Positions 17,097 to 29,027 of a stretch of DNA of 64,000 nucleotides are shown here, in pieces. Position 1 is the stretch's first letter. Every line of letters starts with the position of its first letter. Both the position numbers and the translations under genes were made by a program. This DNA is from Folioceros fuciformis (lineage: Eukaryota): the NCBI GenBank assembly GCA_049999805.1, contig JBNGIO010006079.1:130203-194202 (forward strand), in the 5' to 3' direction. The notes under the pieces were generated by a model, which searched no databases, was not told the DNA's origin, and was given only the letters and a program-made list of their open reading frames with translations.

Positions 17097-18243
17097 AACA
17101 ACCTTATTTTGTGTTTTATTTTTGATAAGGGCTACCAAATGAACAGCTCTGGTAAAGTTGTTGCTGCAATGCGTTCACAACTCTCGCAAGTGATGGGAGT
17201 TTGTTGTCAAAGTTTGCTGAGAGTCCTTCTGTCTTCAAAATGTTGCAAGCTTTGTCGGTTCTTCTTGTAGCTCTACTTGGAGTTGCATGATTGAGATCTT
17301 TGATCTGTAATCGGAAAGGTACACTGCCAGGCTTGTTTAAGGCTGAAAAGGCTTTCCTAGGTGATGATCACTAGGGCAGTCATAGGCTGTTGATATGTGC
17401 ACGTTGTCACAGCTTGACTCGCCTCCGACCTTCGTGAAGTTGCCTTCATTCTTTGGTGACTTGTTTCTTAAGAGATGTCACATTTGGAAGTTTCGATGTA
17501 CATTGCCCTTACTTTTTGGCAACATATTCATTGAATAACATACAAGTGACAACATCTTCTGGGAGAAGATGTGCTTCTGCCGAGTTGTGATGTTGACTTG
17601 GCTTCCGGAGCATTGCACAACTAAATAGTCACAGGTATGGGTATGTGTGCAGTTCTTCCCAAGTACTCCCCCAAGCTATCCCAAAAGAGAAGTGCCCACC
17701 CCTACCTTTCTTAAGAGACCTCCGAAAGCCTATCTTAACGATCGCAGAAAGATATGGTACGACTTGCCCAAATGTCTGCGCTTTCATCAATTCTCGCAGT
17801 GCTGCTTGGCCCATGATTAGACAGGCCCATCAGTCGCGCTTCCCGTCATGCAAGTCACAAATGTGTCAGGTTGTGTTGGAGTTTGATGCACGGGCCTTGA
17901 CAATCAGGACTCCCTGAAATGAGAATTGTCGGGCTTCGATGGAAATGGCTGTTCTGTAGATGGAAATGGCTGTTCTGTGCGTAACACGTGCAAGACAGCT
18001 TCAACGGCCTGGTGCCTCGGATGGACTGGCCCGAATGCTAAATAGCATGCAAAGCAAATGTTGTAGAAGGGCGGGAGGAAACCAAGCAGCGAAGTGTGAA
18101 CCCCCGTGTACTCGGCATCTTAATCTCAAGGCCTACTTCAAAACTGGAAGTACGTGGAGCTACCAGGAGTGGCCTGAGCCACTGCAAGCACAAGAAAAAC
18201 CTACACCGCCCAAGCAAAAATGGGACCCCCGAAGGAGGTCAAG

Positions 18244-19903
18244 TTACTCTGCCTTTCGCCGATGCTGTTTGGATTTTACGGGCTTGGGAGCTGTCAGATA
18301 CTTGTGCACATAGAAGTTTCCGAAGAGGACCAGCAAGGAGATCATGTAGTAGAACAAAATCTGCATCTCAGAAATATGCAAATCCGTTGTAAGATAAGTA
18401 GATACATCTTCAGTGAAAGATTTCAGCCATCGGTCCTCAACATCCAAAGGATTGCGAGGAGAAAAAATGCAAGGAGAGATACACACCTGCAGCAAAAATG
18501 TCGGATATGGTGCTTTGATGACGTGGAGATCATACCAAGCTTGGATCATGTTGATGACAAATTGGGTCATTTGAAGCTGAGTGAGATACCTGAAAATGGA
18601 AACAGGAAATGAGACTACCGGGCACCATGCCTTTAAGCTCAAGAAAAATATGTGAACTTACTTTCCCCAGAACAAGTACTTGCGCCGAGCCTTCTCGTTG
18701 TTTCGCAGAAGGGAAGAGACCATGTAATAGAAATACATGAAAACGTGTACCCCCGAATTTAGTGCAGCGGAGAAATATGCTGCCAAACAGACAAGTCACA
18801 CACTTGTTTAAATCCCTCACAGGACTACTAAGACAGCACACGCACTTCAGAGCGCTCGTGGCCACATTGATCAGTTAGGGTGAGGACATGGTACTACGGC
18901 CAGCAAGACCTACCATCACCACCGGGGGCGTGATGGGCAATAACCCACCAAATAACCGAAATCGAATAGTGATGATAAACATGAAGCACCGTAATCTGGC
19001 GGACATTCCGCTTAAAAATCATAATAATCTGCAGAACAACGGAAGCAAGTTTGTTCATCTGTCGTCCTTACGTCGAATTTAAATGCATCCACAATACGTA
19101 AACGATCGGCACATGGCAAACGTTGAGATTTGTAAGAAGGTAGAAGGTTACCGTATCACCGAACTCTATGTATTTCGACATATAGAAAAGGTAGACGAGG
19201 CGAGCCATCTGTCAGTTGAACAGATCAGTACGTGGTCAGGACTACAGTCGGAATATTACTAGCCTAAGGGGGCTAACTATAATGGTCCGATAGCATTGCG
19301 CTCTGGGGCATCATGCAAGCAGCGCTGTGATCCAGGGAAGCCATCCCTCCAGCTTTCAGAAAGCAATTCAAAGCCAGTAGAAGGCTTACCGGGACTTCCT
19401 GTGGCTTGTACGGATTCCCCCAGAGAAGATATCTGCAGATCCCACGTCCAGTAATCATCAAGACTCAAATGGGCCAAAACTTCGTCCCCATTTACTTTCA
19501 GCCACCGGCGGCAACACCAAAAGCTAGGGAAAGAAGTCACTCACTTATTTCTCACAGCCTCATACACAATGCCGACGCACATGTACAGGCTCAGGCCGAA
19601 GCAGAAGAGATTGTGCACCAACACCCATCCCTTCAACAACAGAGGCTCGCTTGCCCTCGGTTTCAAACCCCGCGCCTTGATGTGCAAAAGGCCCAATATC
19701 ACAAACGAAATGTACAGAGAAGATCCGACGATCACAGGCACGGGGCTGTCGACTGCCGGCAATCCCTTCGTGGGAGCAGCAGGAGTGAGCTCCACACCGA
19801 ATGCAGTTTGGAGACCCCATCGCACTGCTGGTGTCAGCACATCGTCCAAGGCCTGGAACGCGGAGTGGTACGCTTCAACCGCCATTCTCAGACCCCGGAG
19901 CAT
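18244..19903 (-). CDS. ELO/GNS1-family fatty acid elongase, likely bryophyte delta-6 PUFA elongase type
   Basis: Spliced exons give 'LVHNLFCFGLSLYM', 'FYMSKYIEFGDT', 'QITVLHVYHH' (HxxHH), 'ALNSGVHVFMYFYY', 'YLTQLQMTQF', 'LFGNFY', C-terminal basic 'RRKAE'; start ATG at 19903 or 19885. Confidence 0.9.
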
Positions 19904-22198
19904 CCAGGCAGGTATCCAACTGAGCAGAACGTTCAATACACCGGCTTATTAGCTTGAGAGAGAATGCACAGCAACAGAGCTATCTACTACGCACACAGCC
20001 CTGTCACTCAACATACGCTCCCCCAGAGTAAAGCCGCGCCGGTAAAGGCATGTACACGACCAGCAGTAACCAAGTAGCCTAGCAGATCAGGACATACGGC
20101 AAAGCTTGTCCCCGGACGACACGAGCAGTCAACAATAGGCAGCACAAAAAAAAAATTCCGCAAACGCAATAGACCGATCGATTCCCGACAAGTCACCTTG
20201 ACAATATCTGACAATGCACCCTCACTTTCCCTCGTGGAAACACTGACATGGATTTCACAACACAGCTCTTTCCTTGCAGATTCCCAACCCTTCCAGCCTC
20301 AGCGACATAACACAGCCTCAAATCAAACACAAAAACGAGGAAGCAATGAGCAGAGAGCACAAATCAAACCCACCACGTTCCAAATCCGCAAAAGCGAGCT
20401 GCTGGCAGCAGAGGTGGATTTACTAGGTCAGCAGCAGCTTCCACCCAGCCTGCATGGCTCGCAGCAACTGTTCACAGCATGCAGCCATCACACGGCGAGC
20501 ACGAATCAGAGAACTGAGCGTACATGTCTAGGATGCTCACCTGAGATCCTTCTTGCACGTTGAGGAATTCAATTGTCCTCGACCAGTAATGTCAGGCTGC
20601 TGTGTGGCCGTTGCAAGGATTATTCCATTGCCATTTCTAGACAACAGCAGCCACTATTCCTGACTGACCTCAAGATTTTACTGCATGCAATTTCCAAGTT
20701 CTAGCCGCTATTGGTCCGAGAATGGGATGCCCTAAGACCACGTGGCGGCACAAGCCCCTTTTTCCAGGGTCCTGCAATCACACCCTCTGTCCGGCGGGTA
20801 GGCTTTCTAGCAAATTCTCGTCTGATAAGAACCTTACACCTGGGTGTCTACATATATATCTAAAATAGAGAATCCTTTCCTACATGAAAACACATGACCA
20901 TGGTCAGCAACACATTTTATCTCTTTCGCAAAGTCAAAGAAGAACTAAGGTCAGAAAAAAACTCAATTGTTATTTTTTTATCTCTTGAGTTTGGATTACT
21001 ATGTATGTATTTCATAAACACATATACATAGTTAAACACACACCTAATACATGTGTACATCCACATAACATTCTGGTCAAACATCCTTCAGAGGAAAACA
21101 TGAAGACCAATATCAAATCTTACAACTCAAAATCACACTTGCATAATCTAGAAACACTTCTCGCCCCTAACAAAACATCCATAATTCTCACGGTATCCTT
21201 AACCCTGACCTTAGTTTGCCTCCAAGGCATCTTCTACATTTCCCAAACCTTGCTGCACATCTGCCAACACCTTCTACATTCGTCCAAACGTTGTCTTCAC
21301 ACCTTCAAGTGCACTCTAGAGACCTCACAACACATTCTTCAACTTCCTATCTTGTTTGGTGCCAATTCCTCATCTCAGGTGCCGGCCGTTCGCCATCTTG
21401 GTAGCTCAATGTCGTTTGTTGCCAATTCTTGCTCTCGAGAGCCAGCCGCCCACCGACTTTGCAGCTCAATGTCCACTTTGCAGCTCCTCCTTACCTTCTC
21501 CTTTCCCCTCCTTTTGCCCCTTTCCCTTGTCCAAGGACAATAAAGAAGGATCGTTCTCACCTAGACTCCAAGCTTCACTTAGCCTCCCCTTCTAACATCA
21601 CTTTTGGTGCAAACAAGTTCGTTTTGCACGGGCATAATATATGACTACACGTGCAACTTTGTTTTACGCTCGAGTGACTTTTGAGCCTAGAAGTATGAAG
21701 TAATCTATTACTTTTACTAATTTATAGTGATATTTAAAAATCTCTAATAATTGATGGATGTTGGTGGTGCCGCTCATCGTGCACATGATGATCGGGTAGT
21801 GCGATTTGCTACTTGAGGATGTGGAGCAGAAGTCGCAATTCGATACAGAAGGATAGGATGCCCACTCCATGACAAGGCTATAGTCTCGATGTTGCAAGCC
21901 CGATTGCTGAACAACTTTTGCTGGAGCTCTCTTGCTCTCGTGCAGGAAACAATTCGGAATTAATGTACCCGCCCAGAAGACAAACCTTGTTGCTGCTTCC
22001 AATCCTTCCCTCCGGATTCTCCATAACGCATTGCGGGGGGACAGTCTACCAAGCACATGCTATGCATATCTGTGGCTTCTGCTTTTTATCGAAGTCCTCT
22101 AGCCCGATGTCTATGACTAAGTTGTCAGATGTGTAGCTGTTGGGTTGGGGAACTTCCCCTAGCACCCCCGCAGAGCAGGAACGAGCTACACGGAAGCG

Positions 22199-24859
22199 AT
22201 GGCTGTTTGGGAAAAATTTGTTGTGAAAGAAAGCAAATGCAGTTCGGCTGCAGGTCTTCAAAAGTTGACCGGTGAGCTGGAAACAAGGTCACCTATGTCC
22301 TGTAAGACTCTAGTCCATGTTTTGCCGGATGAGCATGCACTGCCTTCAGTACAGGTTCTGTGTGCTTTCCGGCAACGGGAGCTTGTATGTACGCATGGAA
22401 ATGATAGGGTTCACGTTAGGAGGACTGTCAGTTCTGAAGAAAGGGGCCCGGCTGCTGCTCTCAGAGGTTCATTGGGTGATGAGCATGCCTGGATGGCAAC
22501 AATCTCGCAGCATACAAAGTTTGGGCAAAAGGGCAAGGCCTCGGAACTGTATGAAGGGATGCGGAAGGATGGCCTGAAAATGACTCCACATGCTTTTGTG
22601 ACTCTGTTGCAAGCGTGCAATGGCTTGCAGGACTTGAGCATCGCTAAGCAAATTCATGCTGATGTCGTGAGAAATGGATTTGAGAACCATTTGTATGTGG
22701 GCACCATGCTTGTGAATGCTTACGCCAAATGTGGGAGCCTGGAGAGTGCTCGGCATGTGTTTGAGAGACTGCCTCATCGTGATGTGGTTTCCTGGACTGC
22801 CATGATCTTGGGGTATGCCCAGAAGGAGAAGGGTGAAGAGGCCCTGCAGTTGTATGGACGAATGCAACAGGAAGGTGTGGTCCCGAATGACCGCACGTAT
22901 GTTGGTGTGCTGAAGGCATGTAGTACCGTTATGGAGGTGCAGGAGAGAAGAGGTGGTGATGCCATGCTTGTGAGATCAGAGTGTCTGCAAACTGTGAGAG
23001 CAGTGCATGCAGATGTCAAGAAGAGAAAGCTGGAGTTAAACGTGTTTGTAGGTAATAAGCTTGTGGATGCATATTCGAAATGCGGGAGCCTGGTGGATGC
23101 TAGACGTGTGTTTGACAACATGCCTGTACGCACTGTGGTTTCCTGGAGTGCCATGATCTTGGGGTACGCTCAGATGGAGATGGGCGAAGAGGCTTTGCAA
23201 CTGTATACACGGATGCTACGGGAGGCTGTCATCCCGAACGACAGAACATATGTTGGAGCACTTAAGGCTTGCAGTTCCCTTGCAGAACGCGTGGCCAAGA
23301 ATGGTGTTCATAGCAAGTGTTCTAGGAAACAATGCTTGGAAACTGTGAGGTCTATTCATTCACATGCTCAGAAGGAGAAGCTCGACTCAAACATATTTTT
23401 TGGGAACATGCTCGTGGATGCCTATGCAAAATGTGGGAGCCTGGAGGATGCTAGACAGGTGTTCAACAGAATGGCTCACCGTGATACGATTTCATGGAAT
23501 TCTATCATCCTTGGGTACTCCCAGATGGACAGGGGGGAAGAAGCTTTACAGTTGTACTCGCAGATGAGACAAGAAGGTGTGGTACCAAATGACCGAACAT
23601 ACGTTGCTGCACTCAAGGCTTGCAGTGCTACTGCAGAGTTAAGAGATTTGGATGGCGGTGATGGAGTAGCCTTGAAGAAGGAATGCTTGGAAACTGTTAC
23701 AGCCATCCATGCAGACGTCACGAGAGGGAAGTTTGAGTTGGATATATTTGTTTGCACAATGCTCGTGGATGCGTATGTCAAATGTGGCAGCTTGGAGAAT
23801 GCCAGGCAGGTGTTTGAGGAAATGCCTCGACGTGATGTGGTTTCTTGGACCGCCATGATCCTTGGGTACGCCCAGCTGGGTAAGGGTGAGGAGGCCTTGC
23901 ATTTATATACAAGGATGCAGAAGGAAGGGGTGGCACCAAATGATCGAACATATGTTGGTGCACTTAATGCTTGTGGCAGTGTGGCTGGACTGCAGAAGGG
24001 GAAGGAGATCCATGACCAGATGTTAAAAGCTGGCCTTGAGCTGGACTCCTACATGTTCAACAGCCTGATTGACATGTATGGGAAATGTTCCAGCATGGAG
24101 GATGCGCAAAAAGTGTTTGACGCAATTCCCAGTAGAGATGTCGTTGCATGGAATGCATTGATCTCTGGATATGCCCGTCAAGGAGAGAGTGATCTTGTGT
24201 TCCATTTGTTTATAAGGTTACAGGAGGAAGGAGTACAGCCAAACGACATAACGTTACTGGCTGTTCTCAATGTCTGCAGTCATGTCGGTCTAGTGCTGAG
24301 AGCCCAGAAGTATTTTGAAGCTATGGAAAGCGAGTACGGCATCACTCCAACAGTCCAGCACTACAATTGCATGGTCGACCTTCTTGGCCGTGCCGGCCGA
24401 GTCGATGAGGCAATGGAAATGGTGGAGAGGATGCCTTTCGAGCCTGACATCACTCTCTTGAAAAGTGTGTTAGGAGCTTGTCAAAAGTGGGGGAACGTTG
24501 AGATTGGGATACAGGTATTTGAATGTGCAGTGAGGGTCGATAAGTTTGATCCTGCACCATATGTATTGATGTCAAACATCTACACTGCTGCTCATATGCC
24601 AGAGGAGGCACAAAAGATTCAGGGGGCGAGACTGAAAGCGCGAGTATGGAAAGAACCAGGACGGAGCTGGTGGGTGGACATGAGCGGAACAACGCATGTA
24701 TTTGTGGTGGGGGATCGAGAACATCCTGACAGTCAGGATGTTTATGCAAAGTTGGGGGACCTGATGGCTTGTCTGACGACAGAAGGATATGTATCTGACG
24801 TTGACTCTCTGGTGCACGAGGTGCAAGAGGAGCAGATGGAGATGGAGGAAGATGAGTGA
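22199..24859 (+). CDS. PLS-class PPR protein with E1/E2 and PG box, DYW deaminase truncated
   Basis: Intronless 886-aa ORF; P-L-S triplets; 'HYNCMVDLLGRAG'; 'PYVLMSNIY'; 'KEPGRSWWVDMSGTTHVFVVGDREHP'; ends before any HxE/CxxC. Confidence 0.93.
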   Translation: MAVWEKFVVKESKCSSAAGLQKLTGELETRSPMSCKTLVHVLPDEHALPSVQVLCAFRQRELVCTHGNDRVHVRRTVSSEERGPAAALRGSLGDEHAWMATISQHTKFGQKGKASELYEGMRKDGLKMTPHAFVTLLQACNGLQDLSIAKQIHADVVRNGFENHLYVGTMLVNAYAKCGSLESARHVFERLPHRDVVSWTAMILGYAQKEKGEEALQLYGRMQQEGVVPNDRTYVGVLKACSTVMEVQERRGGDAMLVRSECLQTVRAVHADVKKRKLELNVFVGNKLVDAYSKCGSLVDARRVFDNMPVRTVVSWSAMILGYAQMEMGEEALQLYTRMLREAVIPNDRTYVGALKACSSLAERVAKNGVHSKCSRKQCLETVRSIHSHAQKEKLDSNIFFGNMLVDAYAKCGSLEDARQVFNRMAHRDTISWNSIILGYSQMDRGEEALQLYSQMRQEGVVPNDRTYVAALKACSATAELRDLDGGDGVALKKECLETVTAIHADVTRGKFELDIFVCTMLVDAYVKCGSLENARQVFEEMPRRDVVSWTAMILGYAQLGKGEEALHLYTRMQKEGVAPNDRTYVGALNACGSVAGLQKGKEIHDQMLKAGLELDSYMFNSLIDMYGKCSSMEDAQKVFDAIPSRDVVAWNALISGYARQGESDLVFHLFIRLQEEGVQPNDITLLAVLNVCSHVGLVLRAQKYFEAMESEYGITPTVQHYNCMVDLLGRAGRVDEAMEMVERMPFEPDITLLKSVLGACQKWGNVEIGIQVFECAVRVDKFDPAPYVLMSNIYTAAHMPEEAQKIQGARLKARVWKEPGRSWWVDMSGTTHVFVVGDREHPDSQDVYAKLGDLMACLTTEGYVSDVDSLVHEVQEEQMEMEEDE

Positions 24860-25455
24860 TGATTTGTGGAGACGGTGGGTTGTGCCTCTGCCGGTAGCCC
24901 CGAGGAAAATGGAAGTGTGGTGGCTCGGTGAAACTCTCTATGTACAGCCTCACATGTAAGATCTTTCGCCATGTCGGGGTTTGGTCCTGCATCTGCGGAT
25001 ACCTGCAAAGTTCCTGTTGATTCGGACTTTAAAGTTTCTGGCACTTGACAGTTCGCAGAGCAGCCAGAGTGGGCAGACCTGGACGATCCTGCCGGCGTTG
25101 CCGCTGTGTCTCTCTCCAGGGCCTCCTTTGAATGGTGGATCAAGCCGTCCCAGTTCCTGAACTTCGAAAGGTAGGCCTGTTTGCTTGTAAACAAGGCCAG
25201 CTACCACAAGGCTGGCCTCGATCTGGAAGCTGAAAACAGGAAGCCATCGGCCATCTCACAAAGTAAAGCAAAAGAAGTGAAGGCTTGCTTGCACCTCTGT
25301 GGTCCCTCGCAGGTTAGGTCTGCGGTATTTCACATTCCCCTCTCCGCCCGCTTACACTTTGACGAGATCCCAGGCTTTTCTGGATCCCTGGGTCTCTTTC
25401 AGATTTCTGTCAGGAGATCGGGGCCGTAGACACCGCATTCCACATTAGAGGCTCG

Positions 25456-26399
25456 ATGTCGAGGCAGGGTCAGGCTCGGGCAGGAGAGGCCGACGCAGAG
25501 GCAAGCACGTCGCAGCCGTGGCCGGCTCTGAGGAAGGGAAATGCTGCCCTGCGCAGGAACGAGCTGCGGGGCTTGGATTTGTTCACTGTAGTACCTTCTT
25601 TCTGCTGTGCCTCGCCTTGCCTTGATGTAGGATGACATTGTGCATCCGCCCGCTTAGCTCGAGCTGCAGTAGCGGAATTAAGAGCATTCCTGTATTGCAG
25701 GTCCCCATGTTCCTGTCGGCAAAGGAGTGTGAAGCCTTTGTGCAGTGTGCTGAGGCACTTGGATTTGAGCTTCAGGGCAGCGGGGGACCTGCCAGAGGGG
25801 AGGCCTTCAGAGACAACGGCCGTGTGTCTCTGCAGAGTCCTGCATTGGCAGAGAGGATCTGGGAAGCAGGGCTGGCATCCATTTTTGAGGACATCAGAGT
25901 GCGAGGCAGGAGAGCGGTGGGTCTGAACCCCAACATCCGGTTATACAGGTGAGTTCAAGGTGATCTTTGTGCTGTGGCACGTGGGCTGCTGCTGCATCCT
26001 GAATCCACGCCGTCCAGGTATGTGGCAGGTCAGAGGTTCGGGAAGCACGTTGATGAGAGTGTGGCACTTGGTGGAGGACGTGCTACGGAGTACACTCTTC
26101 TGGTATACCTGTCAGGAGGGGAATCTAAGTCCAGGAAGGATGCACTGGTAGGAGGGGAGACCGTTTTCTACGACAGGAGACGCGTGGTTGCAGAGGTGAG
26201 TGAGAGACATCATCTTGTATCCTTCCGTGCTCTGTTTGTGGAACGGGATTGCTGAGGGCTGGAATATTGTCGGCAGGTTGTTCCAGAGGCCGGCATGGCT
26301 CTGTTCCACCTTCATGGAGCCAAGTGTATGTTGCACGAAGCGAAGGTTGTCTCCAGAGGTGCGAAATACGTGTTGCGTTCTGATGTAGTTTTCCACTAG
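25456..26399 (+). CDS. 2-oxoglutarate/Fe(II) dioxygenase (prolyl-4-hydroxylase-like fold), 4 exons
   Basis: Exon 1 25456-25587 ends '...LDLFT'; 'GPARGEAFRDNGR', 'GLNPNIRLYRY..GQRFGKHVDES' (HxD), 'GGETVF', 'LHEAKVVSRGAKYVLRSDVVF'. Confidence 0.88.
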
Positions 26400-27169
26400 G
26401 ACTGCTCTCAAGTCTTGTAGTGAAAGAACCTCAGCAAGTCACACATCTTTTGCAACCCCGGCTTCGGACACTAGGCGGGATTCAGCCTGGGGAAGGGCAG
26501 GGCGTCTGCACCTCCTTCAGCTGAGCAGCGAACCAGTGTAATGTAATTTTCGTTGCCCACAGCACTGTCATGTGCACCTCCCCTGAAAGAAACCGAAGTC
26601 ACGAGAACACTCCTGGAACCCTCTGACTCCTCGCTGCAATGCATTACCAATGCAAATATCAACCCTAGACGTGTACGATGACATCTCAGTACGCCATCAC
26701 AGGCATCACTCGAAAGAAAGCCACGAACGCTTGAGGAACGATTTAATCCAACCGACCGAATGCAAGGTGGAAGCCACTAACAAGAGACGTTCACCGACAA
26801 CAGTGACAAAAAAGATGAACATCTGTACCCGATAGCCACCTCATGACATACCAACACATTTCCGATGGATAAACAACTTAGGGACGCACCCCCCAGATTC
26901 GCCGCCCACCTACCCCTCAACTACAGGCGGCTGGGGAAAGGTGTACGATGGAAAAATTCACGACGTGCCCGGCCAGAATCCTTACCTGCGTGCACTTTCT
27001 TGTTAGACGTTTGCTTTCGAATCCACAGCCTGCAACCCATGGGAAGGATTGAATCCAAATGGAAATCCCATTTGTGTCAGAGGCTGCCGGTGGTTGCCGC
27101 TGCAGTGGTGTGTGGTGACTTCCTCGGCTCTGCCAGCCTTTTAATCAAGGGAAACGTGCTTGAATTAAA

Positions 27170-27425
27170 ATGACTGTTTGTGAGGACAAAGGAGGGGCCA
27201 TAGTCTGAATGTTTACAGCTCATCTCTGCTCTTCTTGAGAACATGGCCGGCCGTGACGAACCAAACCAAGTGGAAAGAAGAGGCAGGCAGGATTCTGCAC
27301 CGTACTCACCTCGACTACTGCATCTCCAATCACTGACGGGCATTCTGATTGCTCCCACTCTTGGACTGCTTTGGCCCGAAACTGTTCGTAGACCAACTTT
27401 TTCACATTGCTCGAACACATTTGAG
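27170..27425 (+). pseudogene. Degraded duplicate of ureide permease exon 1
   Basis: Nucleotide similarity to 27997-28232 (gaggacaaaggaggggccatag, tggaaagaagaggca, gactactgcatctccaat, ccaactttttcaca) with indels and stops. Confidence 0.8.
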
Positions 27426-27996
27426 GCTCCATCTCTTCCAACCGAGTCCCACGAGTAACCCCTCCTTGCGGCAGCCGAGAGGGGTGCCTCTGCATTCTGA
27501 AGGCCAAGTCAGCTTACAAGAAGTAAAACAGCTTCATCAATCTCTCATCACCTTCATGCTTGAAAAGAGCCATTTAATTGCGCAGTGACGGACGAAGAAG
27601 AAGACGAAGTTTGTCCCTGTTAGCCACAACGTGACATGAGACTGGGGTGGCATACGGACGGGAGATTACTATCTCAGAGACGTCAGACGTACGTGCATAG
27701 CTTTGGGACAAGTTCGTCCCATACCCCTCCATTGAAGGCCCCGAGAAGGGGGCATGACGCCAAGGGGGCTCGATTGAAGCGCGAGAAAGGGAATTTGTTG
27801 CCGGCACTGTACTTTGCAAGCTGCCCACAGGCTGCATTCCATCGGAAGGCTTGAATTCGAATGGAATTGGGTTCGGTTGGCGAGGGGGGGCCTGCCAGTG
27901 GGTGCTGCTGGCAGTGCTGGGGGTGTTAACGTTCTCAGCTCTGCCGCAGACTTGCCAGTCAGCCTCGAAACCAAGGGGAAACGTACCTGAATAAAG

Positions 27997-29027
27997 ATGT
28001 ATCTGGTGGAAGACAAAGGAGGAGCCATAGCTCTCATGTTTGCAGCTCTGCTGTTCTTGGTAACATGGCCGGCTGTGATCAACCTGCTGGAAAGAAGAGG
28101 CAAGCTCCTGCAACATACTTACCTGGACTACTGCATCTCCAATTAGATGATGGGCATTCTGATTGCTCTCACTCTTGGATAGCTTGGGCCCGAAATTCCT
28201 CTTAGGCCCAACTTTTTCACACAGCTCAAGCAGGTTTGATGCTCTGCACTCTTCCCATCAAGTGTTGCGCCAGGAGCCGGGAGCAATGCCTCTGAAGTCT
28301 GAAAACCATGCCAGCTGACAAAGTGTACTTTGAGAATCGTAGGACAATGGATCCTCTGTGGGAATTGCCATGGCTGGGGGAGTCGTGCTTTGTCTTGGGA
28401 ATTTAGCGACGCAGTATGGTTGGCCTTTTGTAGGTCTATCCCTCGGTCAGCTCACTGGTGCATGCCTCTCGGCAGTCATCAGTGGCACACCTTGAAGGAT
28501 GCTGTGCCGCCCCTCCAAGTCTACACCGCCTACTTCTGGTTCTCCACAGCCTTCTTCGTCCTAGCGATCGTCCTCAACCTTTGGTTCCTCTACAACCCCA
28601 TGCTGGGCTTGCCCAAGTCCTCCTTCTCAGCCTATCTGAGAGACTGGGAAGGCCGCCCCTGAGCTCTCTTTGCAGGAGTGCTCTGTGGCTTTGGCAACGG
28701 CTTCCAGTTCATGGCAGGTCAAGCTGCTGGATAAGCTGCAGCAGATGCTGTGCAGGTAGGTGATGTCCCATTATCCTCTTCCCCACACCTGGATCAAAAT
28801 TACACAGGAAAGCTGTGTCGGCATGTTCATGTAAACTGAACACCCGCTTGGTGGTAACATGACTGTTGCAGGCCTTACCATTGGTCAGCACCGTCTGGGC
28901 TGTCCTTTTCTTCAGTGAGTATCACAGATCTTCTCGTAGGACGTACCTGCTGCTGGGAGCGATAATTCTCCTGTTTGCCGCTGCTGTGGGGATTCCCATG
29001 GCTTACTCTGGCCACAGAAAGACTTAG
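27997..29027 (+). pseudogene. UPS: Ureide permease (UPS) pseudogene
   Basis: 'MYLVEDKGGAIALMF...TWPAVINLLERRG..QHTYLDY', 'PNFFTQL', 'GFGNGFQFMAGQAAG*AAADAVQ|ALPLVST', 'SGHRK'; in-frame stops (~28144, ~28180, ~28660, ~28732), a frameshift and loss of the central part. Confidence 0.88.

Noticed and set aside
17939-17979. 21-bp tandem duplication atggaaatggctgttctgt
   Set aside because: Simple slippage duplication in a 3' intergenic region, no further structure
22317-24992. Antisense/alternative-frame ORFs overlapping PPR genes (also at 29840-31893, 44825-46997, 51175-53865)
   Set aside because: Shadow ORFs produced by the repetitive PPR coding sequence
27997-29027. Stops repaired by U-to-C RNA editing
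   Set aside because: Such editing is organellar; several stops derive from Trp/Tyr positions and there are also frameshifts and a deletion
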